NCBI RefSeq assembly: GCF_021028975.2
Contig: NC_059429.1
Span: 22,196,001 to 22,260,000 of the forward strand
Direction: 5' to 3'
Length of the DNA: 64,000 nt
From: Sphaerodactylus townsendi
Lineage: Eukaryota
Positions within the stretch are counted from its first letter, which is position 1, and each line of letters begins with the position of its first letter. Made by a program: the position numbers and the translations under genes. Positions 28,057 through 40,412 of this stretch are shown here, one piece after another. The notes below the pieces were generated by a model that had not been told where the DNA came from, did not search any database, and saw nothing but the letters and a program-made list of their open reading frames with translations.

Positions 28057-28432
28057 ATCTTATAGGGGGAAAAGTCCACCAAGCACCGTATGGATGCAGG
28101 AGTCTATTGAAACAAGGGACTTATAGTGCTTGGAATTGCCCTCTAACTGGAAAAACCAGGCCAGCCTTGAGTTTATTTGAATCCCATGAGCTTAATCTTC
28201 CAAGCTGCCCCACCTCATCAGGAACATTTCCCCCCTCTTTAAGTGTCACAGAAATCTGTCACGGCCACAAACTTCATCCCTCAGGCTATTGGGATGTTGT
28301 AATTAGAATGTCAGGCCATGGACTGGGTTCAAATCCCGCCATGCCGTGAATCTCGCCGGATTACCTTGAGCCAGTCCTGCTCTACCTCGCAAGGTTTGTT
28401 TTGAAGATAAAATAGAAGAAGAGGATCTCCAT

Positions 28433-28729
28433 AAGAAGAAGAGTTTGGATTTATATCCCCCCTTTCTCTCCTATAGGAGGCTCAAAGGGGCTTACAATCT
28501 CCTTGCCCTTCCCCCCTCACAACAAACACCCTGTGAGGTAGGTGGGGCTGAGAGAGCTCTGGAAAGCTGTGACTAGCCCAAGGTCACCCAGCTGGTGTGT
28601 GTGGGAGTGCATAGGCTAATCTGAATTCCCCAGATAACCCTCCACAACTCAAGCGGCAGAGCTGGGAATCAAACCCGGTTCCTCCAGATCAGAGTGTACC
28701 TGCTCTTAGCCACTACTCCACTGCTGCTC
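28433..28729 (-). mobile_element. Squam3-like SINE
   Basis: Reverse-complement full-length copy, inverted relative to 27762-28056. Confidence 0.85.
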
Positions 28730-28840
28730 CTGGAGTCTGGATTACTAATTTTATACCTTTTATAATATTATTCCAGCTGTTAATTTGAGTTTACGTGAAG
28801 GTTTTAAATAACTGGCTACTGGAAATTTTGTTATGACGGT

Positions 28841-28868
<28 letters not shown>
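28841..28868. repeat. (TA)n microsatellite
   Basis: Perfect TA run. Confidence 0.95.
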
Positions 28869-28872
<4 letters not shown>

Positions 28873-30032
28873 TAAAATGGAGCAAGAGGATCTGTGTGTG
28901 CCACTTAGAAGAAGGGTGAGATAAAATTATGTAGATAGAGAAGGTTGACTGAGAAGGTGCCGTCTGCTGTTTCTCTTCCTGACAGTCTGATGCCGTTCCC
29001 TCACATGGAATGTCTTCCACCTGAATCACATGGAGTCTCCAGTCCTAGGTCTTCACTCTTGCTTCCCGAGCAACCGTCTCCACTGAAAATGTCTTTCCAC
29101 CCAGGGCAAACTACCCTGTTACCAGCTGTCTACACTAGAAGGGGCATTCAGAAGTTTCAAGGGAGTGGGAAATGGGGGAAGGGGGGACAGCAGGGGGAGG
29201 TGCCCAAGTGGACCCAATTCTCCTGCAGCGGGAACCCTCACCCCCCCTCTCCTTTTGATCCATAAATTCTGTGTTCCTTTCTCATTTCAGTTTTTGGTTC
29301 TAGCATTTCTTGGAAGAATCTCCTTGGAGTTATTTTTTTTAAGCATTCTTTTTTAAAATTTTCAGTAGCATTCCCATTTTTGCCCTCTCAGATGCCCAGT
29401 AAATGGAGGGTCTTAGCTCGCCTATGGCTAGACACCCCCTTCCCCGTGTAACGTTTTATTTATTATTTCTCAGCTAGCTGTGTGCCTTTGAATGTCTGAC
29501 TACTGTATCAGTGATGAACAGGAAGACATCACCTTGAGGTTTTCAAGGTGTTCGGGTTTTGATCTCAGCCAAGGTGAAACTCCAAGTCTTAAATGACTTC
29601 CAAGACTGCCCACCCTGGCCACGTTAAGCAGATCACGTCTGAGGTCCTACATCAGCCCCTCTTTATTGCACTCCAGGTTCCTTTTGGAGCCAGCTGTCCA
29701 CGGGAAAACGATTTGCCCCTTTTGCAGGTACAACGGCAGTGTGTCCTTTTTGCCTGTACGAAATAAACTTCCTTTTATTATCCATCGCCTTGGAGACCTG
29801 TGAATGTCACTACGGATATTTTAATATATCTTTCTCCTCTGCATGCAAGCTTTGGGCAGCAGGGGGAACTGTGATGACCTTTGGAAGCAATAAAAATACA
29901 CGACTGAATGGTGTGTGTTTTTCCTGGCCTGTGTCTCAGGGTGAGAAAGTGGCTGTTAATACTCACTGCACCCTCAGGATCCTGAGGATTTCATGAAGTT
30001 TTCAAGGCAAGAGGGTGACAGAGTATAAGGTG

Positions 30033-30053
30033 GTGTGTGTGTGTGTGTGTGTG
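30033..30053. repeat. (GT)n microsatellite
   Basis: Perfect GT run. Confidence 0.9.
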
Positions 30054-33000
30054 CTATCTGGCCTTGAGAAGCTTCTCGCTGGAGACTCTTGGCTTTACGC
30101 CTGGAAAGGGGAATTTCACTGTTTTGGTTATCTTTTGCTTGCTTGCTAGCCCGTGTGAAATACTGCCTTGTTTATTCTCTTTTGGCAGGAGCTTATCCCT
30201 GTAAAAACTGCTGTTCGAGATTTGGGTTTCAGTTCACGCGTTGCCTGTTTCTGACTAAGAATGCCATCTCAATGCCAGCACACCACCTTACACAGAGGTG
30301 GTTTGCCATTGTCTTCCTCTGCATAGCAACCCTGGCGTTCCTGGGTGGCCTCCCATCCAAATACTAACCAGGGCTGACCCTGCTTAGCTTCTGGGATCTG
30401 ATGAGGCCGTGCTAGCCTGGGTTATCCAGATCAAGGCCTGGAAAATATGGAAGCAGCCACAAAAGTCTTAATGCAGCAAAACTATCTTAGAGCTGGGAAG
30501 GGGAACTCCGTCCTTCAGACCCTGGAGTGCTACAGCCCATCTGCTTAAGCAACAGTTGGTGTTTTCCACTTGCAGACAGCATGTGTAGTTTCCCCATTGC
30601 TGCTGCTGATACAGCTCAACAGCCACAGTGCTTCTACATGTTAGGTTCACTCACAGTTTCCCTGCTGCAGTCTCCTGACAGTGGCCTTTTCCCACACCAC
30701 GCTGCATTTCTGGGCTTTTTTTTTTTAATTGGCAGCTGAATCTAGTTACACCAACATGACACTGTGTATGTTTTCTGTACACCGCCCTGAGCCCTTCGGG
30801 GATAGGGCAGTATACTAAATTTAATAAATAATAATAATAATAATATGTCAAGTTCTCTGAGTTGCCAGTTTTGATTTTTTATTTATTTTAAGTTAGTCAC
30901 TCCTGTCAGAGATATGCCTTTGGTCTTTTATCTCCACAACGAAAAGGGCTTGAGGCTTTTAAACATGAATGATGGGAACACAGACACGCATTCTATGGCC
31001 TCTATGGAGAGGTAATGGTAAGGGACAAGGGCATTTTGAACTTTTCCATCTGTGCAGCAGCCGTTCAGGCTTTGCTGTGATCTTTTCCAGAATTGTGTAG
31101 CATAGTGGGGTTGGGGGATAATTGGAGAGGTACACAAATGCACTACAATTCTTTGGGGGAGCTGGAAGGGAAGACCGCTTCCCAATATGTACTGAACCTG
31201 GGATAAATAACATTAGTGAGAGTAGCCATTGTTTAGAAGGGTCAGCAGTCTTACTCAATAGATGCTCCTAGCAACCTATGGGGTCCCCAGCTCACTAGCA
31301 GAGCACCTACTTTCTGTGCCCTGGAATGTCGTTAAATTATTTCAGGTGTTTGGAAGAATCCGAGTCCTTGGATATAGTCTTGTAGGCAGATGGGACCAGT
31401 GTTTTGACTCCTGTCTGTTCATTCCAGCTTGTCTTGGGGTCCCATTGGAAGTCACGCATAAAGCTGCTTTGTATTGAATCAGTCCATCGGTCCTTCAAGG
31501 TCAGTATTGTCTACTCAGGCAGCGGCTCTCCATGGAGTCAGGTAGATAGAGGTCTTCCTGGTCACCTGTCTCCTGGTTCCTTTAACTGGAGGTGCTGGGG
31601 AATGGACCTGAGACCCTCCATATGCAAAGCAGAGGCTTTTCCGCTGAGCTGCAGACCCTCCTGAAGTCAATCCCAACATGTCCTTCGTGTTGATTGGGGT
31701 TGGCACTGGGTGAAGGAGTAACGTCTCTTGGAGAGCAGCGTTTTTCTTCCTGCCGTGGAAAACGTATCCACTCCCTCATGTCTGTGGTGGCACCAAAAGT
31801 TGGTTAGCAGGTCTAAATTGCTGTGGTTATAAACAGGGTTCCAGTTACAGAAAGGGGTGCCTTTTGTGACCTCTTCCCACCACCAGCTATTGTTTTCAGA
31901 ATGTGCTAGCAGCAGGAAATGTGGAGTGGTGTACAGCCTGGTTTCACCAGAGCTTGAAAGCTAAGCAGGATCAGTACTTTGATGGGAGGCCACCAAGGAA
32001 GGCTGTGCAGGGGAAGGCAATGGCAAACCACCTCTGCCTTCCACTTTCCTGGAAAGTGGTTACCATAGGTGTGACTTGACAGCACTTTATATACATGCAC
32101 AGAGAGTGGAATTGGTGGTGCTCAGAGTATGGGACTTGTTTCACTCATTGAAGACCTTCTCATCTCTTCTCCCCAAATACACTTATAATTGGAACTGGGA
32201 GTCCCCACAACTGGGCTTTAAGCTGATTATATCTCAGCCATTCCTTGGAAGTTTCCCTTCCAAGAACCGATCCTGCTTAGCTTCCATGATGTGACAAGAT
32301 CAGGCTATACTGGGGTCCCCAACAAAGTGACCATGAGCATAGGGGCATCCACTGGCACATTTTCTGGTGCCTGCCTGCCAGTCATTTTTAGAAAGTTGGT
32401 GGGACCAGGTGGGGCTTTTGAGCAGCAAGGCTGTGTAGATGTTTTTAAACGTTGTTTTGGCAGCAGCTGCCGCCCAAGTGCAAAGATCTGCATTGTGCCA
32501 CTGAAGTTAAGTTGAGGCAATCATGTTGTGGCTGGCTCCGCCTCCTGTGGCATCCATTTTCTGGCAGCAGTGTTGATGCTTGTGTTTACTACATGGTGTC
32601 AGAATTTCCAAATGGGCCCATAGGTTCAGAACGGCTGGGGACTCCTGGGCTATCCTGCGCAGCCTTCCCTCCCTCTTGGTGTAACAGTCATTGATACTTG
32701 CAGTGACTCCCCATTAAAACGCTTACAGGTTTTTTTATACAAAGTGTGTAGGACGGAACAAAGTAGGTTACAAGTGATGCATTAATTTCCTAGTTTGAAT
32801 CCAATTGGTGAGAAAATATGCAGGGATCCCAGAGATGCTGTCCTCCAGTGAAACACTGTGAGATCTGTGCTGCTAGCTCAGCTTTTTCAACCCCCTGGGA
32901 TTCTCTTGCTGTACAAAAGTGCTTCTTTCTCTCCCCCATCCTGCCCCAGTTTATGGGCTTGTGTGCCGGCGGCTAAAGATGGGCAGGTCAGAAATGCAAG

Positions 33001-33301
33001 GAAGGCTCTCCTTTCTGAAATAGCTCCTCGACAAAAGGTTAACTCCATAATCTTATTAACGTTTTAAGAAGCTGCCGTCCAGTCTCTCCATCACAAGTTC
33101 CATGGCTTGGTTTGAGAAGCAGCCGGCTCGGGCATTTGCCAGCTGGCTGGGCATGCCCTTGCCAGCCCTTAGAGAACTTCTGGGATTCTTCTCCACGAAC
33201 ATACATCTCACGGGAACAGAATAGTGATTCTCCTGAACTGACCCCCACCCCAACTGGTGGCAGCAGCAGAAGGACTATTGGGTGAGGCAGCACTAGGTAC
33301 C

Positions 33302-34552
33302 ATGAGGCAAGCCACGAAGAGGCGCTTGAGCCTCTCGGCCAACATGAAAATCGGGGACATTTGCAAAGGTTGCCAGGACCCCGACAAGGAGGAAGTGTAC
33401 ATCCCCTTTGCCCAGGAACATCTGGTGAAGCGATGGGGTTCGCTAACCAACTTAGCCGATCAGAAGCAGGAGGGAATCAACATCCCACCCCGGCGGAACC
33501 GATTTGTCCTCAACCTCAACGTTGGGGGGAAATGTTTCCAGGTCGCCTGTAAGATGGCTGCTAAGTACCCAAAGACAAGGATTGGCCAGCTGGCCCTGTC
33601 CAAGGACCATACGAAGAAAATGGAACTTTGCGACGACTACTCGGTGCTGAAGAATGAATACTTCTTTGACCGTGACCCGCTCATGTTCCACTACGTCTTC
33701 CACTTCTACCGTAGTGGGGTTATGTGGGTCCTGGAAGAGTTCTGCCCATCCAACTTCGTCGACGAGATCGAGTACTGGGGCATCCACATCAAATACACCC
33801 AGAGGTGCTGCCGCATCCTCTTCGAGGAGAAACAGGACGAGCTGGCCGACTACCTCAAAATCCAACGGGAGTTGGAAGCGGAGCTGGAGCCGCTGAGAAA
33901 GGGGGAGCACTTTGATGGGAAATGCATGGGCAAGTTCCGCAAGGCAGTCTGGAACCTGATCGAGAACCCGTACTCCTCCATCCCTGCCAAGATCATTGCC
34001 GTCATGTCCAGCGTATTTGTCCTCATCTCCATCGTCGGGATGACACTGAGCACTGTCGAGGAGATGCAGCACAAGAGCAGCAAGAATTACTTGGAGCAAA
34101 CGGAGACCATCTGTGCCATCTTCTTCACCCTGGAGTACCTCATGCGCCTCATTTCCACCTCCAGCTTCCAGCAATTCCTGCGGGCGGCGTTCAGCGCCAT
34201 TGACCTGGTGGCCATCATGCCCTTCTATATCCAGATACTCTTTGAGAACCTGGGCGAGGGGGACACGGAGTACCACGAGGAGCTGCACAAGATGCGCAGC
34301 GTGGGCAAGCTGGGGAAGGTGCTCAAGCTGATCAAGCTGATGCGCATCTTTCGCATCCTCAAGCTGGCCCGCCACTCCACGGGCCTGAGGGCCTTCGGCT
34401 TCACCATCCGGCAGTGCTACCAGCAGGTCTGCTGCCTCTTCCTCTTCATTGCCATGGGCGTCTTCACCTTCTCTGCCCTGATGCATTCGGTGGAACACGA
34501 TGTCCCAGGCACGGACTTCACCAGCATCCCTGTGACCTGGTGGTGGGCTGCG
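33302..34552 (+). CDS. KCNV2L: KCNV2-like (Kv8.2-like) silent voltage-gated K+ channel subunit, exon 1 (T1, S1-S5, pore helix)
   Basis: accATG; T1 motifs LNLNVGG, EYFFDRDP, KYTQRCCRI; S4-S5 [29 protein letters not shown] is KCNV2-type; phase-0 donor WWWAA|GTAAGT. Confidence 0.92.
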
Positions 34553-34684
34553 GTAAGTCATTGTCCCCTCTTTTTATCTACGTACATCTAATCTATTTGT
34601 GATAGACAGCAGCTCCCCAGGGCTTGGTCAGAGAAGGGCATTTCCCTTCACTTCCTCTCTGAGATAATAAAACTGCAAGGATTG

Positions 34685-35350
34685 CCATGCCCTTATATAA
34701 AGCCGTGGTGCAACTGCACTTGGAGTACTGTGTTCAGTTCTGGTCGCCACATCTCAAAAAGGATATTGAAGAGATAGAAAAAGTGCAGAGAAGGGCAACG
34801 AGGATGATTGAGGGACTGGAGCACCTTCCTTATGAGGAGAGGCTGCAGCATTTGGGACTCTTTAGTTTGGAGAGGAGATGGCTGAGGGGGGATATGATTG
34901 AAGTCTATAAAATTATGCATGGGGTAGAAAATGTTGACATTTCTCTCTTTCTCACAATACTAGAACCAGGGGACATACATTGAAAATGCTGCGGGGAAGA
35001 ATAAGGACTAATAAAAGGAAACACTTCTTCACACAACGTGTGATTGGTGTTTGGAATATGCTGCCACAGAAGGTGGTGATGGCCACTAACCTGGATAGCT
35101 TTAAAAGGGGCTTGGACAGATTTATGGAGGAGAAGTCGATCTATGGCTACCAACCTTGATCCTCCTTGATCTCAGATTGCAAATGCCTTAGCAGACCAGG
35201 TGCTCAGGAGCAGCAGCAGCAGGCAGCCATTGCTTTCACATCCTGCACGTGAGCTCCCAAAGGCACCTGGTGGGCCACTGCGAGTAGCAGAGTGCTGGAC
35301 TAGATGGACTCTGGTCTGATCCAGCAGGCTAGTTCTTATGTTCTTATGAG
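34685..35350 (+). mobile_element. CR1 LINE 3' fragment (RT C-terminus and 3' UTR)
   Basis: LYKAVVQLHLEYCVQFWSPHLKKDIEEIEKVQRRATRMI...LGLFSLERRWLRGDMIEVYKI; ends in (ttcttatg)n. Confidence 0.95.
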
Positions 35351-36107
35351 ATCCTTTCACTGGGGGTGTTGCCAGGAAATCAACCTGGGGCCATCTGTGT
35401 TCAATGGCTACTGCTGCACAGAGCCGCTTTCCTCCGAGTGGATCATACATGAAGGTCCCATATACCAAGTTAGACCATTGGTCTATCTAGCCCAAATTGG
35501 CATCATCCTTTCCAAAGTCATAGGAAAGTCCTTCCCCATATCTGCAGCCAGCACACTTTTTTGTCTAGAAGTTGCTGTGCATTGAGCCTGGGGCATTCTG
35601 TGTGCCGGCTATTTGCTATTGACCTGCTCCGTGAGAGATATCTTCATGGTTGTGCTTGTAATGCCATTGTCATTTATGGGGAGATGCACGTCCGGGGAAA
35701 AGGCAGTGAGGTTTTCCCCACTTCAGATTCCTCAGCAACAAAAGTTGGACTCAATAAATCAACTAGTTCAGGCCTTTCCTGCTGTTGGCTCCATGTATGC
35801 TATGTGGTTTGAGAGGGGGAAGAGATTGGGAGGGAATCCTCTGTCTGGGTATGGACTTTGAAGGAAGAGTGAACACTTTTAGACCATATGTGATGCCTTG
35901 CATGTAAGGGGGGGGGGGTAGATTGAGACCTGGCTAGGAGGAACTGCAGATGGGAGGGGGAGGATGGCATTCTATGTCTCAGAAAAAGATGTTAGTAATT
36001 GTATATTCCTCCGCCACAGAACTCAACATGCTGGACTTCCTTTGTTATAGAATGTAAGTCGTGGTGCCTACCTAGTCCTGCTCCCACCATCCGTTTGAAA
36101 GTAAAAA

Positions 36108-36245
36108 TACATAGAATCATAGAGTTGGAAGAGACCGCAAGGACCATCAAGTCCAACCCCCCTGCAATGCAGGAACACACAATCAAAGCATCCCTGACAG
36201 ATTCAGCCTTTGTTTAAAAACCTCCAAAGAAGGAGACTCCACCAC
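36108..36245 (-). mobile_element. CR1 3' end fragment
   Basis: catagaatcatagagttggaagagacc tail; matches 37770-37905. Confidence 0.8.
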
Positions 36246-36534
36246 ATCTTGGCGTTCAGTTTAATTATACAACATCCACCCAACCTTATTCACACCTTGC
36301 ACGAAATAATGGTTTTGACAAAGGCACCATTCAAAAATGAATGAGAATTCTCATATTTGCTCGGGACTATATTCTAATGCAGAAGCATACAATTTTCTTG
36401 ACCGCTGCACCTCAACTGACCATACTAACATGTTTATCTGAGACAGAATATAGTGGAATTTACGGAGGTTTCTGATCATTATCCTAGCAGTATTCTTCTG
36501 ATCTAGCAGTATTCTTCTGATCATTATCCTAGCA

Positions 36535-36642
36535 CCGTGGTTGCGAACCTTTGGCACTCCAGATGTTGTGGACTACAATTCCCATCAGCCCCTGCCAGCA
36601 TGGCCAATTGGCATCTGGAGTGCCAAAGGTTCCCCACCACTG
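36535..36642. mobile_element. hAT-type MITE (internally deleted)
   Basis: Inverted termini; perfect 8-bp TSD TCCTAGCA. Confidence 0.85.
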
Positions 36643-37047
36643 TCCTAGCAGTATTCTTCACCGTCCTAGATAGACCTGATCTAACAGGGTTTTGCTAAGG
36701 TTCTTATTAAAAGAAGGCCAGCAATGTTCATGGAAGAGGGTAGAAAAATCTATCCAGGGTTCCTTGTCATGGTGGTTCAATGGAATCTGCATTTTCAGGA
36801 ATCAAGCTCCCTTTTTTGCCAGTTGCTAAGGGACAAATGACAGAAAATGGCTGTTTCCTCCATACCCTGTTTTCCCGACAACATCTCGTTGGGACCCACT
36901 GGAAAGAGAATGCTGGGTGAGATGGGCACACTTTGGCCTGATCCAGCATGCCTCTTCTCAGTGCTCACTCAGAAGAGTTTATTCTCTTGGTACAAACAAT
37001 AAAGCAAGTGGATCTCTCATTCTTCCCTTCTCCTTGTCCTCTCTCAG

Positions 37048-37596
37048 GTCAGCCTCTCCACCGTGGGCTACGGGGACACTGTGCCGGACACTGTGCTGGG
37101 CAGGATGGTGGCCTTTGCGTGCATCTCTTTTGGCATCATCCTCAATGGGATGCCCATCTCCATCCTCTACAACAAGTTCTCTGACTATTACGCCAAGCTC
37201 AAGTCCCACGAGTCTGAGGCCACCAAGTCGCTCAAGCTGACTCGGAAGCTCCGCCTGAAGGAAAGAGCTTGGCAGAAGTTCCTGGTGAGTTGCTGCCCAG
37301 AGGACTACCTCTCCTGCCCGCCGGCAGCAGGTCACCCCAGCGGCCAACATTTTGTGCCTCAGTCTGGCCACCTGGAATACCCGGTTATCCACCAGCCACA
37401 GCACGGTCACCAGCCACTGCGTTCTGCTCCTCATTCCCCCTGTTCTCATAGCTACCGCTGTCACCACTCTTCTTCCCCCTACAGGGGTCAGCATGCCCAC
37501 CTGGCAATTCCCCCCCTGCTCCTATCACGATCTGGCTCTCCTACCCCTCAGCCGTCACCCCGCCCATCGTCACAAGCAAGACACTCTGTCTTGTAA
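37048..37596 (+). CDS. KCNV2L: KCNV2-like subunit, exon 2 (selectivity filter, S6, C-terminus)
   Basis: Acceptor ttgtcctctctcag; [10 protein letters not shown] filter; S6 [21 protein letters not shown] as in KCNV2; TAA at 37594-37596; protein ~599 aa. Confidence 0.9.
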   Translation, partial: VSLSTVGYGDTVPDTVLGRMVAFACISFGIILNGMPISILYNKFSDYYAKLKSHESEATKSLKLTRKLRLKERAWQKFLVSCCPEDYLSCPPAAGHPSGQHFVPQSGHLEYPVIHQPQHGHQPLRSAPHSPCSHSYRCHHSSSPYRGQHAHLAIPPLLLSRSGSPTPQPSPRPSSQARHSVL

Positions 37597-37769
37597 CTGG
37601 AAGCTTCCAAACGGCGACAGTTCTACGGGGTCTCGGGCAGAGAGGGGCGTTTTCCATTTCTGCTGACTGAGATTTTTCAGCTGGAGATTGAATCTGGGGG
37701 CTTTCTGCCTGCAAAGCTGCAGACTCCAAAGAGGAGAGAAGAAATGTAGATTTTTGCCAGGAAGATAAA

Positions 37770-38225
37770 ATCATAGAGTTGGAAGAGACCAGAAGGGCCA
37801 TCAAGTCCAACCTCCTGCCATGCAGGAACACACAATCAAAGCACTCCTGACATATGATCATCCAGCCTCTGTTTAAAAACCTCCAAAGGGGGAGACTCCA
37901 CCACTCTCCGAGGCAGTGAATTCTACTGTCGAACAGCCCTGACAGTCATAAAGTTCTTCTTAATGTTTAGGTGGAATCTCTTTTCCTGCACCTTGAATCC
38001 ATTACTCCTTGTCCTGGTCTCTGAGGCGCCAGAAAACAAGCTTGCTCCCTCTTCGACATGGCATCCCTTCAAATATTTAAACATAGCTATCATGTCCCCC
38101 CTTAACCTTCGCTTCTCCCGACTAAACAACCCCAGCTCCCTAAGCCTCTCTTCGTAGGGCATGGACTCGAGACCTTTTACCATTTTGTTTGCCCTCCTCT
38201 GGACACGTTCCAGCTTGTTAGTATC
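37770..38225 (-). mobile_element. CR1 LINE 3' fragment
   Basis: DTNKLERVQRRANKMVKGLESMPYEERLRELGLFSREKRRLRGDMIAMFKYLKG; CR1 tail at the left end. Confidence 0.95.
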
Positions 38226-38464
38226 AAGATGTGAATCTTCTTTCTGCTGCATCAGGCTGCTGGTCCATATAGCTCAGGTGCGTGACTGGTAGAAATTCCC
38301 CAGGCTTTTAGGTAGAGGAATGTCTTTCCCCTCTCCTGAGAGCCCAAGACTCTTTTAAGCAGACGGGATCACATCCTGGGCAGTCTTAGGGTCGCCTCCG
38401 CGGTGTGTATACCACGTTTTCCAAAAAGCAGTCCTCTTCAGTAGAAGCTCAGCATAAGTAGAAG

Positions 38465-38872
38465 CCCCTCCTCTTGCATGCCACCCCTCACTCACTCCCC
38501 TCCCTTGCATGCCACCCCTCTCCCTTTCCTCCCTCCACCAGGGTGGGTGGGCCAGGTCTAGATGCCAAACCCTCTCCCCTCCCCTGCATGCCACTCCTCA
38601 CTCCCTCCCTTGCATGCCACCCCTCCCCCTCCCACCACTAGGGTGGGTGGGCCAGGTCCAGATGTCATCCCCCTCCCCTCCCTTGCATGCCACCCCTCCC
38701 TCCCTTGCATGCTACCCCTCACTCACTCCCCTCCCTTATTCCCTTTCCCTTGCATGCCACCCCTCCCCCTCCCTCCCCTCCACTAGGGTGGGTGGGCCAT
38801 GTCCAGATGCCGGGGCCCCTCCCCCTCCCTTGCATGCCACCCCTCACTCCCTCCCCTCCCTCACTTCCCCCC
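38465..38872. repeat. C-rich compound minisatellite
   Basis: About eight copies of ccttgcatgccacccctc and three copies of ccac(c/t)agggtgggtgggcca(g/t)gt(c)cagatg. Confidence 0.9.
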
Positions 38873-39121
38873 TAATTATTTGATTAGGGTATCATAAGCT
38901 GTTACGCTTCCTGTCCCCCTTGACTTAAATCCGAGTCACCAGGTAACTAGTCCGCCTGCAAAGTATATGCTCCTGATCTTCAACTGAACCCGAGCCTTCC
39001 CTGTAACTCTGGGCAATTAGGGGCAATGTATTATATGAATTCTTAATTGTGGCCTGTAGGTCAATGCAGCTGAGTTGTTCAATGCTAGCAGAATACCTTT
39101 TAATTAATTCAACTTAAAACT

Positions 39122-39262
39122 GTCGTCGAAGGCTTTCACGGCTGGAATCACTGGAGTGTTGTGGGTACCATCAGATCCTCTGAAGATGCCAGCCACAGAT
39201 GTTGGCGAAATGTCAAGAGAAAATTCGAACACAGCCATACAACCCGGAAACCCCACAACACT
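39122..39262. mobile_element. Penelope-like element-derived remnant
   Basis: gtcgaaggctttcacggc head and ctgaagatgccagccacagat segment shared with 41915-42310, 50239-50400 and 53776-54083. Confidence 0.65.
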
Positions 39263-39775
39263 CCCAACTTAAAACTGTTTGTAATAGTTCTGGAGCAGCA
39301 AACATTCTCTTTGGGCTGAAAATCCCCTCTGTGCGAGTGCCATGATGGCTCTTCTCAGAGGGCAATTGCCTTTTGGGCATTTTACAAGTTTCCACATCAG
39401 TAGCAGTATTTTTTTTTTAACTTAAAGTGATCAGTTAAGCACAGTGTAATCAGAGGACAGTGCTCAAGTTCATCATAGGGGCAAAAAGAGCAACCTCTCT
39501 TTCTCCGAAACAAGAGTTTAAATCAACCAGGCAGCTGCGTTGTAGGAAACCAGCGGGAGCCAAGGTCCTTGAGAGCTCAGCTGGACGTTGATTGATAGCT
39601 CCTTGACATGAGCTTGGGAAGAAGATTGCAGTCATAATGAATGTTCTTGGCAGTGTCAAGGATAGTGGAGAATGCTTGGAAGCACACTAGTAAGGTTACC
39701 AGTGTTAGGAAATTCCTGGAAGTGGGGGGTGGGGAGTTAGAATCAGGGAAAGGTGGGGTTTGGACACCTCAGAAG

Positions 39776-40138
39776 CAGTGGTGGGATCCAAAAATTTTAG
39801 TAACAGGTTCCCATGGTGGTGGGATTCAAACTGTGGCGTAGCGCCAGTGGAGCTGGGCAGGGCACGACGGGGGCGTGGCCAGGCATTATGGGGGCGGGGC
39901 TGTGGCAAGGACGCAGCCGCTGCACCGGTCCTTGGGCGGGAAACGAATGCACGCAGGCGCAGGCTGCCACGCACGCCGGTGCACCTCCTGCTAGACTGCT
40001 TCAAGTTCTGCGCGCTACTGCTGAGAGGAGGGGCGTAACGAAGGCAAAAATCACGTGGCAAAATCACCAACTAGTAACCCCCTGTCGGCACACACAAATA
40101 CTCGGGAACCTGTGAGAACCTGCTGGATCCCACCTCTG
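39776..40138. mobile_element. Non-autonomous hAT transposon
   Basis: TIRs cagtggtgggatcca / tggatcccacctctg; perfect 8-bp TSD CTCAGAAG; CpG-rich interior. Confidence 0.88.
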
Positions 40139-40155
40139 CTCAGAAGGGTATACTG

Positions 40156-40412
40156 AAGAGTTTGGATTTGCCTTTCTGTCCCATAAGGAGACTCAAAGCA
40201 GCTTACAAACTCCTTCCCTTTCCCTCAACAGACACCTGGTGAGGTAGGCGGGGCTGCCACAGTTCTGAGAGACCCAAGGTCACCCAGCAGTCTCTATGTA
40301 TAGAAGTGGAAAAACAAATCCAGTTCACCAGATGAGAGTCTACCGCTGAAGTGAAGGAATCAAACCCAGTTCCCCAGATTAGAGTCCATCTTCTTTTAAT
40401 CACTACACCACA
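40156..40412 (-). mobile_element. Squam3-like SINE (diverged)
   Basis: gaagagtttggattt tail and ccactacacca-type head on the reverse strand. Confidence 0.75.

Noticed and set aside
33040-33060. CRX/OTX-type TAATCT site upstream of the KCNV2-like ATG
   Set aside because: A single 6-mer is expected by chance; needs conservation data.
33452-34561. 369-aa antisense ORF
   Set aside because: Shadow of the GC3-rich KCNV2-like exon; no recognisable domain.
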